The position numbers were made by a program, and so were the translations under genes. A stretch of DNA of 43,286 nucleotides from positions 3,621,661 to 3,664,946 of the forward strand of contig NC_069002.1 of assembly GCF_001194135.2 (NCBI RefSeq), written 5' to 3'. The notes below the pieces were generated by a model. It was not told where the DNA came from and searched no databases. It worked only from the letters and a program-made list of their open reading frames with translations. The number at the start of each line of letters is the position of its first letter. Position 1 is the stretch's first letter. This stretch comes from Octopus bimaculoides (Eukaryota). Below, one piece after another: positions 10,612 to 21,926 of this stretch.

Positions 10612-13087
10612 CTAGCAGTATAACCCGACGTTGTCCGGGTGTGATTTATTATGCCATCTACGCTAAGTCTTGCTAGCTGAAAATCAACTTAAAAAGAAAT
10701 CCTTACAAAGAAAAAACCCTTATGATGTAAATATGTTCATAATTCAAATGACGATGAAATGAATAGGGCAAGTCTGAAGGCTATTTTGCGTAACATTATT
10801 AAGCGTATGTAAATTTCATCCGTCTAATTGGCTATACAACTTTTTGCGCTTCCCTGATTATACAATGCCAAACACCATGCCAAGTTAGTAAATTGTAAGA
10901 GCGATAAAAGTGCGATTGGATGACGCAGTCTTACCATGAATGAATCCCTCTTGTACCTTTCTAGTGAACGTTTCTGTTGGATGCCTTCATTTTGTGCTGC
11001 CCTGGATAGACAATGCAAAACGTTTTAAATTGACACAACAGATGTAATCGAAAAGGCCATTTTAAAAAAAAATTTTAATCTTTGCTAAATTGCTTACCTC
11101 CATACGACCAATCTTTGGAAGATATAGTGTGTGTTGACACTTGTGGCGACTTATAAGGACTGATTGAATGCAGCATTAATTGTATCAGTGGAGTCTGTAA
11201 TAACGCCTGAATGGAAAACTTGATGCTTTGGTATGACATTTTTTAAATAGATTAGTGGATGTCTTATTGAAACTTACAATGATAATGTTCTCTCACTATA
11301 AGTTTTGGCTTAATTGCACAAGACCTCCTTGTATACAATGTTTTTTGTTTTTCCACATGGAATGTAAGTAAAAAGATTGTCTTTACTTCCTACTCTAGAG
11401 CATCCTACGTAGAGTTGCCCATGGGAGAAGCAGGACTCTGCCAAGTGCAGTCCAGCTACTGACAGTGTTTGCCCCTGGGACTTGTTGATGGACATGGCAA
11501 AACTGATGCGTAGCGGGAATTGAAGTCGCCGAAATTGGAAAGGGATGTCAGCATCAGATGGAGTAAGTGGAATCATCGGTATGAAGACATCCTCTCCTTT
11601 TCTACATCCAGAAATGATGGTAGCTTCGATGACGTGCTGCATGGCAGACTTAATGACAAGACGCGTACCATTGCAGAGTTTTAGAGGGCTTAGATTCCTC
11701 AGAAGCATAACTGGAGTTCCAACTTTCACTGACAATATATGAGGGGGCAATCTTGGTGGTTCCAGTGAATTAAGAAATTCAACGGGATAGTTGACTGCCT
11801 GATTTGTGTCAGGGATCGAATCAATTGATTTGTAGACATGAAGCCTACCAGGAATGACTTGCACCAGTTGTTGGTTGATGGCATTAACCATGCTGTTTTT
11901 TGGAACTAAAATAGCTCTTTCGCATAACCAATTAAGGTCCTGGTAGTTTTCATGCAGACGGGGAAATACTTTTCCTTTTAGTTCTTCGAGGGTGTTGACA
12001 TTTGTTGAAATCGAGCACAGCGTAGTTTCTCCATCATCACTGAGAAATGAATTTCCATCCCCCAGTGACAAAAGGTTCGCTGCAAATTCTGCTGCCTGTT
12101 GGTCGCTATGCAGTCTGGCTCGCATATTCATTGTAAGGGTCAGCGTTGTTATGCTTTGCCATAATGAAGACGACTTGAGGCACGCACTAACTTCGTCTGC
12201 CCTGGTTCCTTTAGGAATAACTGGTAGAGTCTGCCGAAAGTCACCAGAAAGTAGAATCGTAACACCCCCCATTGTAGTTGAGCAATCTCTGAGATCTTGT
12301 AGTGTAGCGTTGAGGGCTTCAAGAGCATGCCTATGTGCCATGGTGCATTCGTCCCACACAATGAGTTGACACTTCCGTAAAAGCAGACCCTTGTCTGACG
12401 TTTTGCTTATGTTGCAAGAGGGCTTGTCACATTTAGCCAAGTTAAAAGGTAGCTTGAAGGCCGAATGTGCTGTCCTACCACCGGGTAACAGAGTTGCAGC
12501 TATTCCGGAAGATGCCACCGCTATTGCGATAATTTTCCGCAGTCACACTTTTGCAAGAAGAAGCTTTGTTAAAAAGGTTTTTCCTGTCCCTCCCAGTGCA
12601 TCTAGGATTATCTAAGATTGTGCATACGATATGCTGTTGTTCAGGAAAAAGTTTGAACTCATTTCGCATATGTACTTTGTAAGGGCATGTGCGTCATAGG
12701 AAGTTTCTCGAATTAGCTCATTACTCAGAGAATTAGTTCCTTCTCGAAAGGGTTCTGGAAGCCCGTAAGTTGTCAAGGTACCTCCACCTATGCAAGAAAT
12801 CCTGTTTTCAAGTGCAATCAAGGTACAGTTATAGACAGCATCATTTGCAGAATGAAGGGTGGGGAACTGCTGTTTGGCTTGGTGGTAGAAGTCTTCTGCA
12901 AGGGCATCTCTATACTTCATCCATAGGGATAGGGGGTCTGCTATCTCACAAATATGAAGGAGAATTGCAAAAAGGTCTCTGAGGCTTTGAGGAGACCTGG
13001 AAAGGGCAGCTTCCGCGAGAATAGCATCCCACTGTGCACTGTCTTCTAAAAGTCCGTATTTTAAGCATGCCTCCCTGAATGTTCCAG
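10612..13087 (-). mobile_element. Helitron, 5'-truncated (helicase half plus intact 3' terminus)
   Basis: Minus-strand end reads acccggacaacgtcgggt (hairpin, 10623-10640), then tatactg, CTAG (10612-10615), then T: the canonical Helitron 3' signature. ~700 bp 3' non-coding region, then the PIF1-like frame; no Rep/HUH region in the window. Confidence 0.9.
11310..13087 (-). pseudogene. Helitron RepHel helicase (PIF1 family) region, disrupted; 402-aa open C-terminal part at 11310-12518
   Basis: Motifs GRTAHSAFKLP, LIVWDECTMAH, GDFRQTLPV, ERAILVPKN, LCNGTRL, QFPLRISFAMSINKSQGQTL, FSHGQLYVGCSR. Walker A GGTGKT (12576-12593) is in frame but cut off by TGA at 12543-12545; further TAG at 12612-12614 with local frameshifts; upstream Helitron-type TFREACLKYGLLED..W...LRDLFAILL..C..PLSLW (13082-12921). 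Intronless. Confidence 0.92.
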
Positions 13088-13230
13088 TCAGTTACTGTGA
13101 ACCAAATTTCACTCTTTGGTTGAATTGAGATTGTTGTAAACTACTCCAGTCCAAGGTGCCATGTAGTAGGATTGAACCCTCAAAACTGCATAGCTATGAA
13201 GCATACTCCTTAACCATTCATCCACGCCTA
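13088..13230 (-). mobile_element. SINE family A head, diverged, fused to the Helitron 5' break
   Basis: Minus strand taggcgtggatgaatggttaag...gagggttcaatcc...ggcaccttgg...gagtgaaatttggttcacagtaactga runs directly into Helitron codons. Confidence 0.7.
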
Positions 13231-13666
13231 TTGTGTAATTCCATAAAATAGCATCACAAGATATATTACATAATCTCAGACTGAAGACTCTGCACATTCA
13301 CTGTCAAGACACCAAACCAAATGGGTTTGTGTTTTTTACATATAAAATAATATATATTACACAATATAATATAAACCTTTGAACTTACAGAACGATTAAT
13401 TTCAATTTATCAATACTAATCAATAATTGTTTTAGGAATAATACAGAGATGGACAAGAAATAGCAAACTAAGAAAAAAAAAATGGACAGAGAGAGAGAGA
13501 GAGATAAAGAGGTAGATTGATAGATAGCTAGTAGAATGAGAGAGAGAGAGAGAGACATAGAAAGGGGTAGAAGGAAGGGGGATAAGAAAGCGTGTGTAAA
13601 ATGTGCAGCAGTAATTATAGAGTTATTGATGTTTTCTTTGTCTTTATTGTTTCTCCATTTCCCAAG

Positions 13667-13782
13667 TGGACATCCAGCACTTAATGGAAACAGTGTTTCA
13701 CATACAGCAGTGTGTTTCACAGGCAAATGGTGTGGCAACAATGGAGGAGAGTAACAGAGTGCACAGCGAGTGTTGCTTGTAA
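13667..13782 (+). other. Candidate coding exon of an unidentified host gene
   Basis: Pyrimidine tract plus AG at 13665-13666; unique, non-repetitive sequence; one frame reads DIQHLMETVFHIQQCVSQANGVATMEESNRVHSECCL-stop, another GHPALNGNSVSHTAVCFTGKWCGNNGGE-stop. No family recognised. Confidence 0.25.
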
Positions 13783-13838
13783 TCAAGACCATTTTCTCTC
13801 TATCTCCTTTCCCTCACACACACACACACACACATACA

Positions 13839-13869
<31 letters not shown>

Positions 13870-14671
13870 NNNNNNNNNNNNNNNNNNNNNNNNNNNNNNN
13901 NNNNNNNNNNNNNNNNNNNNNNNNNNNNNNNNNNNNNNNNNNNNNNNNNNNNNNNNNNNNNNNNNNNNNNNNNNNNNNNNNNNNNNNNNNNNNNNNNNNN
14001 NNNNNNNNNNNNNNNNNNNNNNNNNNNNNNNNNNNNNNNNNNNNNNNNNNNNNNNNNNNNNNNNNNNNNNNNNNNNNNNNNNNNNNNNNNNNNNNNNNNN
14101 NNNNNNNNNNNNNNNNNNNNNNNNNNNNNNNNNNNNNNNNNNNNNNNNNNNNNNNNNNNNNNNNNNNNNNNNNNNNNNNNNNNNNNNNNNNNNNNNNNNN
14201 NNNNNNNNNNNNNNNNNNNNNNNNNNNNNNNNNNNNNNNNNNNNNNNNNNNNNNNNNNNNNNNNNNNNNNNNNNNNNNNNNNNNNNNNNNNNNNNNNNNN
14301 NNNNNNNNNNNNNNNNNNNNNNNNNNNNNNNNNNNNNNNNNNNNNNNNNNNNNNNNNNNNNNNNNNNNNNNNNNNNNNNNNNNNNNNNNNNNNNNNNNNN
14401 NNNNNNNNNNNNNNNNNNNNNNNNNNNNNNNNNNNNNNNNNNNNNNNNNNNNNNNNNNNNNNNNNNNNNNNNNNNNNNNNNNNNNNNNNNNNNNNNNNNN
14501 NNNNNNNNNNNNNNNNNNNNNNNNNNNNNNNNNNNNNNNNNNNNNNNNNNNNNNNNNNNNNNNNNNNNNNNNNNNNNNNNNNNNNNNNNNNNNNNNNNNN
14601 NNNNNNNNNNNNNNNNNNNNNNNNNNNNNNNNNNNNNNNNNNNNNNNNNNNNNNNNNNNNNNNNNNNNNNN
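13870..14671. other. Assembly gap inside an (AT)n microsatellite
   Basis: N run flanked by (AT)n. Confidence 0.99.
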
Positions 14672-15289
14672 NTATATATATATATATATATATATATATG
14701 TAATATATATTTTTATATATGATCAGCAAAGATACTTATAAGAACTTGGAATATAAACAGAGTGCAACCTCAGCGCTACAATGTAATAGTTATTCTCTAC
14801 TTCTGTATTAGCTGTCTTCTATAATTGTACAGCTTCTCTTTTTCTGTGCTAAAGCACTATATCAGATCCATTATTTGTTTACTTAGTGGAAATTAACTTC
14901 CATGTAGATGGAAATGCTCCATCATTGTTTCCTGTGATGAAACATATGTAATCTGTTCAATGAGAGATGTATTTTCTATATTTAACCTCAGCTGTCTTTT
15001 GTATGAATAACATTGTCTGTTATTTTAGCAACAACATCATACCACATTAGAAGAAAGTACTTTAATGACATTTTGTGTGGAGTTGCTGATCACATGTTTA
15101 ATATCTTCTGTGTAATAATAACTGACATTTTCAGTTAAGTCTTGGAGGTTTTTGAGCTTCACAGGCTCTTTTGTTCATTAGATGTTTTGCATCTGTTTTT
15201 TCTCTCTTGGTTTACCAAAAAAATCATAACATTCAAAATGTGGTGTGTTGTAACAGTTACAAGTCCAGGAGAAGCTATGCTTCCTGTTA

Positions 15290-15490
15290 ATGTTTGAAGA
15301 ATCGTTAGCACACCAGGTAAAATGCTTAGCAGTATTTCATTCACCTTACATTCTGAGTTCAAATTCTGCCAAGGTCAACTTTGCCTTTCTTTCTTTTGGG
15401 GTCGATAAAAGAAGTATCTGGGATCGGTGTAGTCGACTGATCCTTTCCCCCAAGTATCCTTGTCCTGTGTCAAAATTTCAAACCAATGTT
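15290..15490 (+). mobile_element. tRNA-derived SINE family B
   Basis: gaatcgttagcacaccaggtaaaatgcttagc...ttctgagttcaaattctgccaaggtcaactttgcc; collinear with 39175-39360. Confidence 0.8.
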
Positions 15491-15621
15491 ACAATCTTTC
15501 TCATGTTTATGGGAAAACATACTCGGGTCTCACCTTTTTTTTCTTTTTTTTTTATGCAGCCCTTCCTTTTCTGTTTGTTCAATTTTTAGTTCTGCAACTT
15601 TGATTTCAAGTAGTACCATTT

Positions 15622-15770
15622 TGTGTGGTAAGTAGCTTGCTTACCAACCACATGGTTCCGGGTTCAGTCCCATTGTGTGGCACCTTGGGCAAGTGTCTTC
15701 TACTATAGCCTCGGGCCAACCAAAACCTTGTGAGTGGATTTGGTAGACGGAAACTGAAAGAAGCCTGTCG

Positions 15771-15801
<31 letters not shown>

Positions 15802-16010
15802 ATATGTTTGTGCGTCTGTGTTTGTCCCTCCAACATCGCTTGACAACCGATGCTGGTGTGTTTACGTCCCCATAACTTAGCAGTTCGGCAAAAGAAACTG
15901 ATAGAATAAGTACTAGGCTTACAAAGAATAAGTCCTGGGGTCAATTTGCTCGACTAAAGGTGGTGCTCCAGCATGGCCGCCGTCAAATGAATGAAACAAG
16001 TATGAAAAAA
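15622..16010 (+). mobile_element. SINE family A, near full length
   Basis: Highly similar to 28099-28512 throughout (head, body, (TG)n, gtccccataacttagc, ctccagcatggccg, A-rich tail). Confidence 0.92.
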
Positions 16011-16065
16011 AAGAAGGTGGTGGTGGTGGTTTTTCACTTGCAGTATACTTATATTCTTTTCAAAA

Positions 16066-16203
16066 TTTGGCGACACACCTGAACTAAAAATATAATTAAA
16101 AGCATCGGGGAAAAAAAAATTCTATTCATGTTGCAACTGCGACACGCCTAGCGTCGTCTCGTGGCACACCAATGAGTTGCAGCATACCGGTTGTGGAGCA
16201 CTG
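16066..16203 (-). mobile_element. hAT (Charlie-like) DNA transposon terminal fragment
   Basis: Reverse complement starts cagtgctccacaaccggtatgctgcaactcattggtgtgccacgaga, resembling the CAGTG-TTTCTCAACC...GTGTGCCGCG type of hAT end; no matching other end found. Confidence 0.5.
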
Positions 16204-16433
16204 GTATAGATTGAAAATATATAAATTGTATAAACACTCACACGACAGACATACGTCCGTACGCCTACCGCACTTCCAGTACGCTGTATAAGTATATTCA
16301 TAAACATGTCGTTATATACAGACGCACTCCATACACATTAATACACACTGTACAAATAGCACTCAAAGAATATAATATTTGAGGTTACAGACTACCCATT
16401 GATGAAAAAGATTAGGTCTGCTGATGAAGAGAG

Positions 16434-17240
16434 TATGGTGGTGGTGGTGGTGGGGAGTTTCTGGTAGTTACTGGAGTAGTGGTGGTGGTGGTGGATTTGT
16501 AGTAATTGCATTACTGATAGTTGTGGTAGTACATTGTTGTTGGTAATGGTGCTGTTGATTGTGGTGGCCCAGTGTGGGCGATAGTAGTAGTAGTAGTAGT
16601 AGTACGAGTAGTAGTAGTAGTAGTAGTAGTAGAACTATTGGTGACGGTAGTTGTAGTATTGTATTGGCAGTGGTAGTGGTAGTAGTAGAGGTGGTGATAG
16701 TGGAGGTGGTAGTAGTGGTGGGGGGTGGAATTATTGGCGACAATAGTAGTGGTATTGTATTGGTAGTAGTAGGTGTTAGCTGTGGTTGTAGTTACTGTGA
16801 TAGTGGTCATAGCTATCGTAGTTGCAGTGGTGGTGACAGTTGTGGATTGTTGTTGTGGTGGTGGTGGTGGTAATAATAGTGTGTTGTATTGGTAGTGGCA
16901 GTTGTAGTAGTAACAGTAGTAGTGGCGGTAGTCGTAGTAGTGGTGATGGTAGTACAAAAAGTGGACTGTAGTAGCGGTGGTAGTAGGTGTGGTAGCAATG
17001 GTGATGGTAGCACCAAAGGTGTGTCGTAGTAGGTGTGGCTGCAATGGTAGTGGTGAGTAGCACTAATGATATGTTGTAGTGGCGGTTGTAGTCGTGTGGT
17101 GGCAGTAGTGGTGATGGTAGTAGTACTAGTGGTGGGTTGCAGTGGCGGTAGTAGTAGGTGTGTGGTAAGTGTCGGTTGCAGTGAAAGTGACAGTGGTGGC
17201 GGGAGAGTTGTAGTGGCGGTGATAGTAAGGATATTAATAA
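16434..17240 (+). repeat. Degenerate (GTA/GTG)n trinucleotide low-complexity tract
   Basis: Direct reading; source of the spurious poly-Thr/His/Val/Ser ORFs. Confidence 0.95.
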
Positions 17241-19069
17241 TAGTGTTGTTTCAGAGTTGATATGACTGAAGCGTTCCAGTCGTGACCACCCCTCCTAGAC
17301 AACGCTATGAAAACGAGGGTTTATCCGAGGCGTTGTTATGAAACGAAACGTGACCTTTATCTAAGGTGGTAAGGAAACATTTGAAGGTGATTTAACTTTT
17401 ATTTCTAGTATTTCTAGCGATCTCATATTAATGGCTCCTTCATTGGCTCGTAGTAGTTTTGTTTAGCCCCAGGTCGGCTGTCATCGAGCCGACCTATGGT
17501 GAAAGGCAATCTAGTTATGACCGTTCCATCCTTGTCTTTGATTTTGTTTTTATTTTTAAGTATTGTGGAGTCCGGTTTTACATTAAAAATCATGTCTTTA
17601 TTTTTTTAAAGATGCTAGGTTGTAATTTGAGAGAGATTTGGCTGCTATATCTAGCAGATCGGTAAACCGTACAGTTCTTACTATTCACCTTGTGATCCGC
17701 AAATTGTTTCATGTCCAACATGTGGGAGGGAGACAAACGCATTTATACACACACACACACTCAAATATATATATGTTACACATGGACACTCACACAAAGA
17801 TTCATTATCGATCCTAGTTATTCATTAAAACATCCCGTCTCCCACTTTCTCTATTTCTATACCTCTATCTTTCCCTCTTTCTATGTTTCTTCTACTTTCT
17901 CCCTCCACCCTGCTATTTCTAATGTATTCCCTCCCCCTTCTACTTTTACCTTCTCTTACTTTCCATCTCTCCCTCACTCTTTTTCTCCCTCTCTCTCGTT
18001 TATACTTACTTTTCTCCCACCTCCACTTTCATCTTCCTTTTCATATCAGTCTTCCTCTCTCTCTCTCTTTTCCACACCTCTCTTATTCATATTTAGTCTT
18101 TCTTTTACTCTACTATTTCTACCTTTCTTTTCCCTCTCTCTATACAAACACATACTTTCTTTCCTTCTGTATCTTTTTCATTTTCTCATCTCTTAATAAG
18201 TATATATATGTACACACACACACGTGTCTCTCTCTCACTCTCTCTCTCTCATTCATATTCGCGCTGTTTCCCTCTGCTTCTAACTCCCTGTTTCTTTCCC
18301 CCTTCCCACCTTTACCTATCTAAATATCTGTCTATCTATCAATCTCTCTATCTAAAAATTAATTAAATCTACCTATCTGTCTGTCTCTATTTTTACATTC
18401 TATTTCGACCTTTCACCGTTGGAAGGTGTCAGAAAAAATCAACAGAAATCCGACGTAAACTATCTGTATGTGTTTATGTAACCATGTGTGTTTGTCCGTC
18501 TGTCTGAATGTATATATTTATAATATACGCATGTACAGTAGTGTTTACATATTCGAGTGTTTCAATGTGGGAGTACCTGTCTCCGTCTTGTACATGAATG
18601 TATAATTAAGGGTGTGTTTGAATATGCGTGTAGTTAACGAAATGAATGCCAGTGTATGTGAGTTGTGTGTGTGTGTGTAGGTGTGAGTTTGTCACGTGTG
18701 TATGTTGTGGGGAGGGGTACTTACTATAGTGTGTGTATGTATGCGCGTGTGTGAGGGTAAAACTTGGTATAATGATAAAAGAAAGGAACCAGTAGCATTA
18801 TTTACCGAAATTCTTCGAAATATCCGTAAATAGCTTTCTGGAATACTGAAAACGCACAGAAGTGTGTGTCAGTGTGGAGATGGTGGTGGTGGTGGGGTGG
18901 AATGTGTTTGTGAGGGCGCGCGCGTGTGTGTTGTAATAATGATATTTGTGTGTTTCTATATCCAATATGATTGTAGATATATGTGTGTGTTTATGTTTCA
19001 TTCAGTATATTGAAGCTGTTTGTATTGTACTGTAGAAATTGTTTCAGTGTATTTATATAATGATTAAGA

Positions 19070-19190
19070 GAATTACGGGAGCGTTGGACAAAATGCCTTG
19101 AATTGTTTGTCCTGGTTCTTTATGCAGTGAGTTCAGATCCCGCCAAGGTCGGCCTTATCTTTCACCCTTTCGCGGCCGATGGTGGTGCAT
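19070..19190 (+). mobile_element. SINE family B, 5' fragment
   Basis: ggacaaaatgcc...gagttcagatcccgccaaggtcggccttatctttcaccctttcg. Confidence 0.65.
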
Positions 19191-19309
19191 TGGCGGAATT
19201 GTCCACATTTATACTCGTGATCAACTCGGACCAACAGAGGTCATACATACATGCATAGGGTGTGTGTGTTTTCAGGTTTGTTTTTATGTCGAGTTAGAAT
19301 CCTTTTAAC

Positions 19310-19510
19310 TATAGGCACAAGGCCTGAAATTTTGGGGAATGGAAGAGGCCAGTCGATTACATCGACATCGGTACGCAACTCGTACTTACTTCATCGAGTT
19401 TGAAAAGATCGAAGGCAAAGTCGACCTTGGCGGAATTTGAACTTAAAACGTAATATCGGAAGAAATGCCGCTAATCATTTTGTCCGGCGTGTTAATGATT
19501 TTGCCTGCAG
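19310..19510 (-). mobile_element. SINE family B, near full length
   Basis: ggcacaaggcctgaaattttgggg...aaggcaaagtcgaccttggcggaatttgaact...cattttgtccggcgtgttaatgattttgcc is the reverse complement of the 39175-39360 type. Confidence 0.8.
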
Positions 19511-19910
19511 AATGTCCAGCTACAATAAATACAATCTTACATTAAACTAAAGGAGTACTCAATACTTTTTATAAGGTACATGTTTATTACATTTTGTGAA
19601 GAAGACTGGTGACAGTGACTTCGAAGTTATGACACCATTGGACTGATGGAGACTAGCAGGCCAAAACTTCGAAGTCACTGGTACACTTGTAAAAGTACAA
19701 TACATTTATTAATTATTGGCGACAGAAGCAGTATTAATTTTGATTGCTAATCTTTAGATCCAACTAAACACGAATGTCTTGTTAGAACAGCAAATACTGA
19801 ATTATCAGCCTTTAGAAACCGTCTCATATAGACACCTGGTGCATAAAACCACACAGATTGTAGCAGACGAAATTCGTCTGTCATGGGCGTCGGAATATGT
19901 GTGTGTGTGT

Positions 19911-20209
19911 ATTATATATCCATCACGGCTGGTCTTACCAATCGGTTACATGCAAGAAATACAACGGAGTGTTAGGTAACAATCCGATTATATAACCTTA
20001 TGCTCATCAGAGTTGACCGATATGGAATGAAATTGAAAGAAAGCGCCACGGATTACAGCATAAAGTGGAAGAATAATTTTTATAAGAAGATATTTACTTC
20101 CATATCGGCTCTGATGAGCATAAGGTTATATGATCGGATTGTTACCTGACACTCCATGTATTCCTTGCGCGAAACCGATTGGTAATATTAGTCGTGGTGG
20201 ATATATGAT
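19911..20209. mobile_element. Foldback/MITE-like element with ~112-bp inverted arms
   Basis: Arm 19911-20026 pairs with the reverse complement of 20099-20209 (e.g. ggagtgttaggtaacaatccgattatataaccttatgctcatcagag vs ctctgatgagcataaggttatatgatcggattgttacctgacactcc); 72-bp spacer. Confidence 0.85.
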
Positions 20210-20624
20210 ACTACATATTTCGGATAATATACCCACTATATTGGTAGATATATGAGTGCATCTTTTCCATGACTTAGACGCCTTCCGCACGTATATATAT
20301 TCCAACTCAGTGTTGCAAATGCAAACTTACAATATTGTCGGTGCAGCGGAAACACGTGTAGGTCATTATAATATGCTGTATATAACTATAAAATAAATTT
20401 TGTGGATGTACAAGTCTCCACACTTTTTATTATTATTTTTAGATCGGGTCGATTAGTCATCACCGGCGTTCCACCACGACCACACCATATTACCAGCAAC
20501 AATGTTTCTATATATTCATTGTTTCTTTTCAAGACGGTTGGATGTTATTTAAGTGGAAATTTAGCTGCTATTTCTAGCTTGACGCGTGACTAACTAGACT
20601 ACCTTCCCTCTTTACGCAGGCCGA

Positions 20625-20800
20625 ACGGTAATTGATAACAGAATCATTAGGGGCATCGCATAAATTACATGATATTTTGGTTGCTTCGTTTTTTTCCCTA
20701 CGTTCTGAGTTCAAATCCCGCTGAGGCAGACTTTGCTGCTTTCATCCTTCAGATATTCTGGGGTCGAGAAAATAAAATACCAGTAAAATATTATGGACAA
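20625..20800 (+). mobile_element. SINE family B, diverged
   Basis: cagaatcattag...ctacgttctgagttcaaatcccgctgaggcagactttgc...ggggtcgagaaaataaaataccag. Confidence 0.65.
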
Positions 20801-21484
20801 GCTAATAAATTTTCGATCTTGTATTTGTGTTTCTAAAAAAAAATCAATATAACGTTCATGATTGTGTACGTATGTACATCACCTGCATGTTAATATAAAG
20901 CCTGAGTGCGTAGTTTGAGTGTGAGGTTGATGTTGAGTTCGTGTTAATAACGTTTGAGTGAAGTATAGGATTTTTTGGAATCTAAAATCGGGGTTTTTTT
21001 TGTGGTTATATGTTCGAGTGTGTTCGACGTGTCTCATTATAATGTGACAATTGCGTTTATATAATTAATGTCTTCGTGTGTTTACGTAATATGTTAGTGT
21101 GTGTGTGTACATGTGTTTGATTTTATGCATGCGTGTGTTTATAGAGCGCTTGTGTTAGAGTATTTATGAATTTGTGTAGCTACATGTGTTTGTGTGCGCG
21201 CACCTGTCTGTACGTGTATTCATATACTGTTTGTGCATTTGTATACGACACTTTTATGTGTTTGTGCCTCTGTTTAATTAATACTTGTGTTATTTTATAA
21301 CACGTTGCTGTCTATAAAATGTTTGTGTATGTGTATAATATATAATATAAATGCGTTTGTTTGTGCTTAATGCTTGCGTGTGTTTATATAACGCGTTTAT
21401 GTGTGCGTGTGTCTATATAATAATGTTTGTGTTTGCGTTTATATAACGCATTTGCATGTACCTTTCTATCGATCCTTTCTTATA

Positions 21485-21605
21485 TAAGCACAAGCCCTGA
21501 AATTTAGGGCATGGCAGACTTATCGATTACATCAACCCCAGTGCTCGACTGACACTTATTTTATCAACCCCGAAAGATAAAAAAGGCTAAGTCAACCTTG
21601 ACAGA
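21485..21605 (-). mobile_element. SINE family B, 3' part
   Basis: agcacaagccctgaaattt...cgattacatcaaccccagtgctcgactgacacttattttatcaacccc. Confidence 0.7.
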
Positions 21606-21893
21606 ACCTGTTCCTAGTAACGCAGTTGTCTTCAATGTTTTTTAATTGATTTTAAAAAATTTCTTCCGCTTTTTCATTTTTTTTTTCTTTCTTCGTTCAC
21701 GTTTGTCATTGTCTTCGGTTTTGAATTTGTATTTTAATGTGATTTTATATTCTATATGTTCATGAGTGCGTGTACGTATGTATATGTTTGAATGTAAATA
21801 TATGTATGTGTCTTTAGGTGCTTGTATGTATATTTGTATGTAAAGGTATTGATTAAAATTTTTTTTTAGACTGAATTGCTTGTTTATTCTTTG

Positions 21894-21926
<33 letters not shown>

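Noticed and set aside
11310-12518. Host PIF1 helicase gene
   Set aside because: Intronless, has Helitron-specific upstream motifs and a Helitron 3' terminus, and Walker A is separated by a stop codon.
16468-17260. Mucin-like or His-rich ORFs (also 37768-38433)
   Set aside because: All frames are translations of degenerate trinucleotide repeats, with no splice or domain support.
19613-19680. loxP-like recombination site
   Set aside because: Only aacttcg is shared; arm and spacer lengths (16/36) do not fit the 13/8 layout.
20589-20633. 8-nt microexon (branch gactaac, pyrimidine tract, CAG|GCCGAACG|GTAATT)
   Set aside because: The acceptor looks good, but the length is not a multiple of 3, the donor is weak and it overlaps a decayed SINE-B head.
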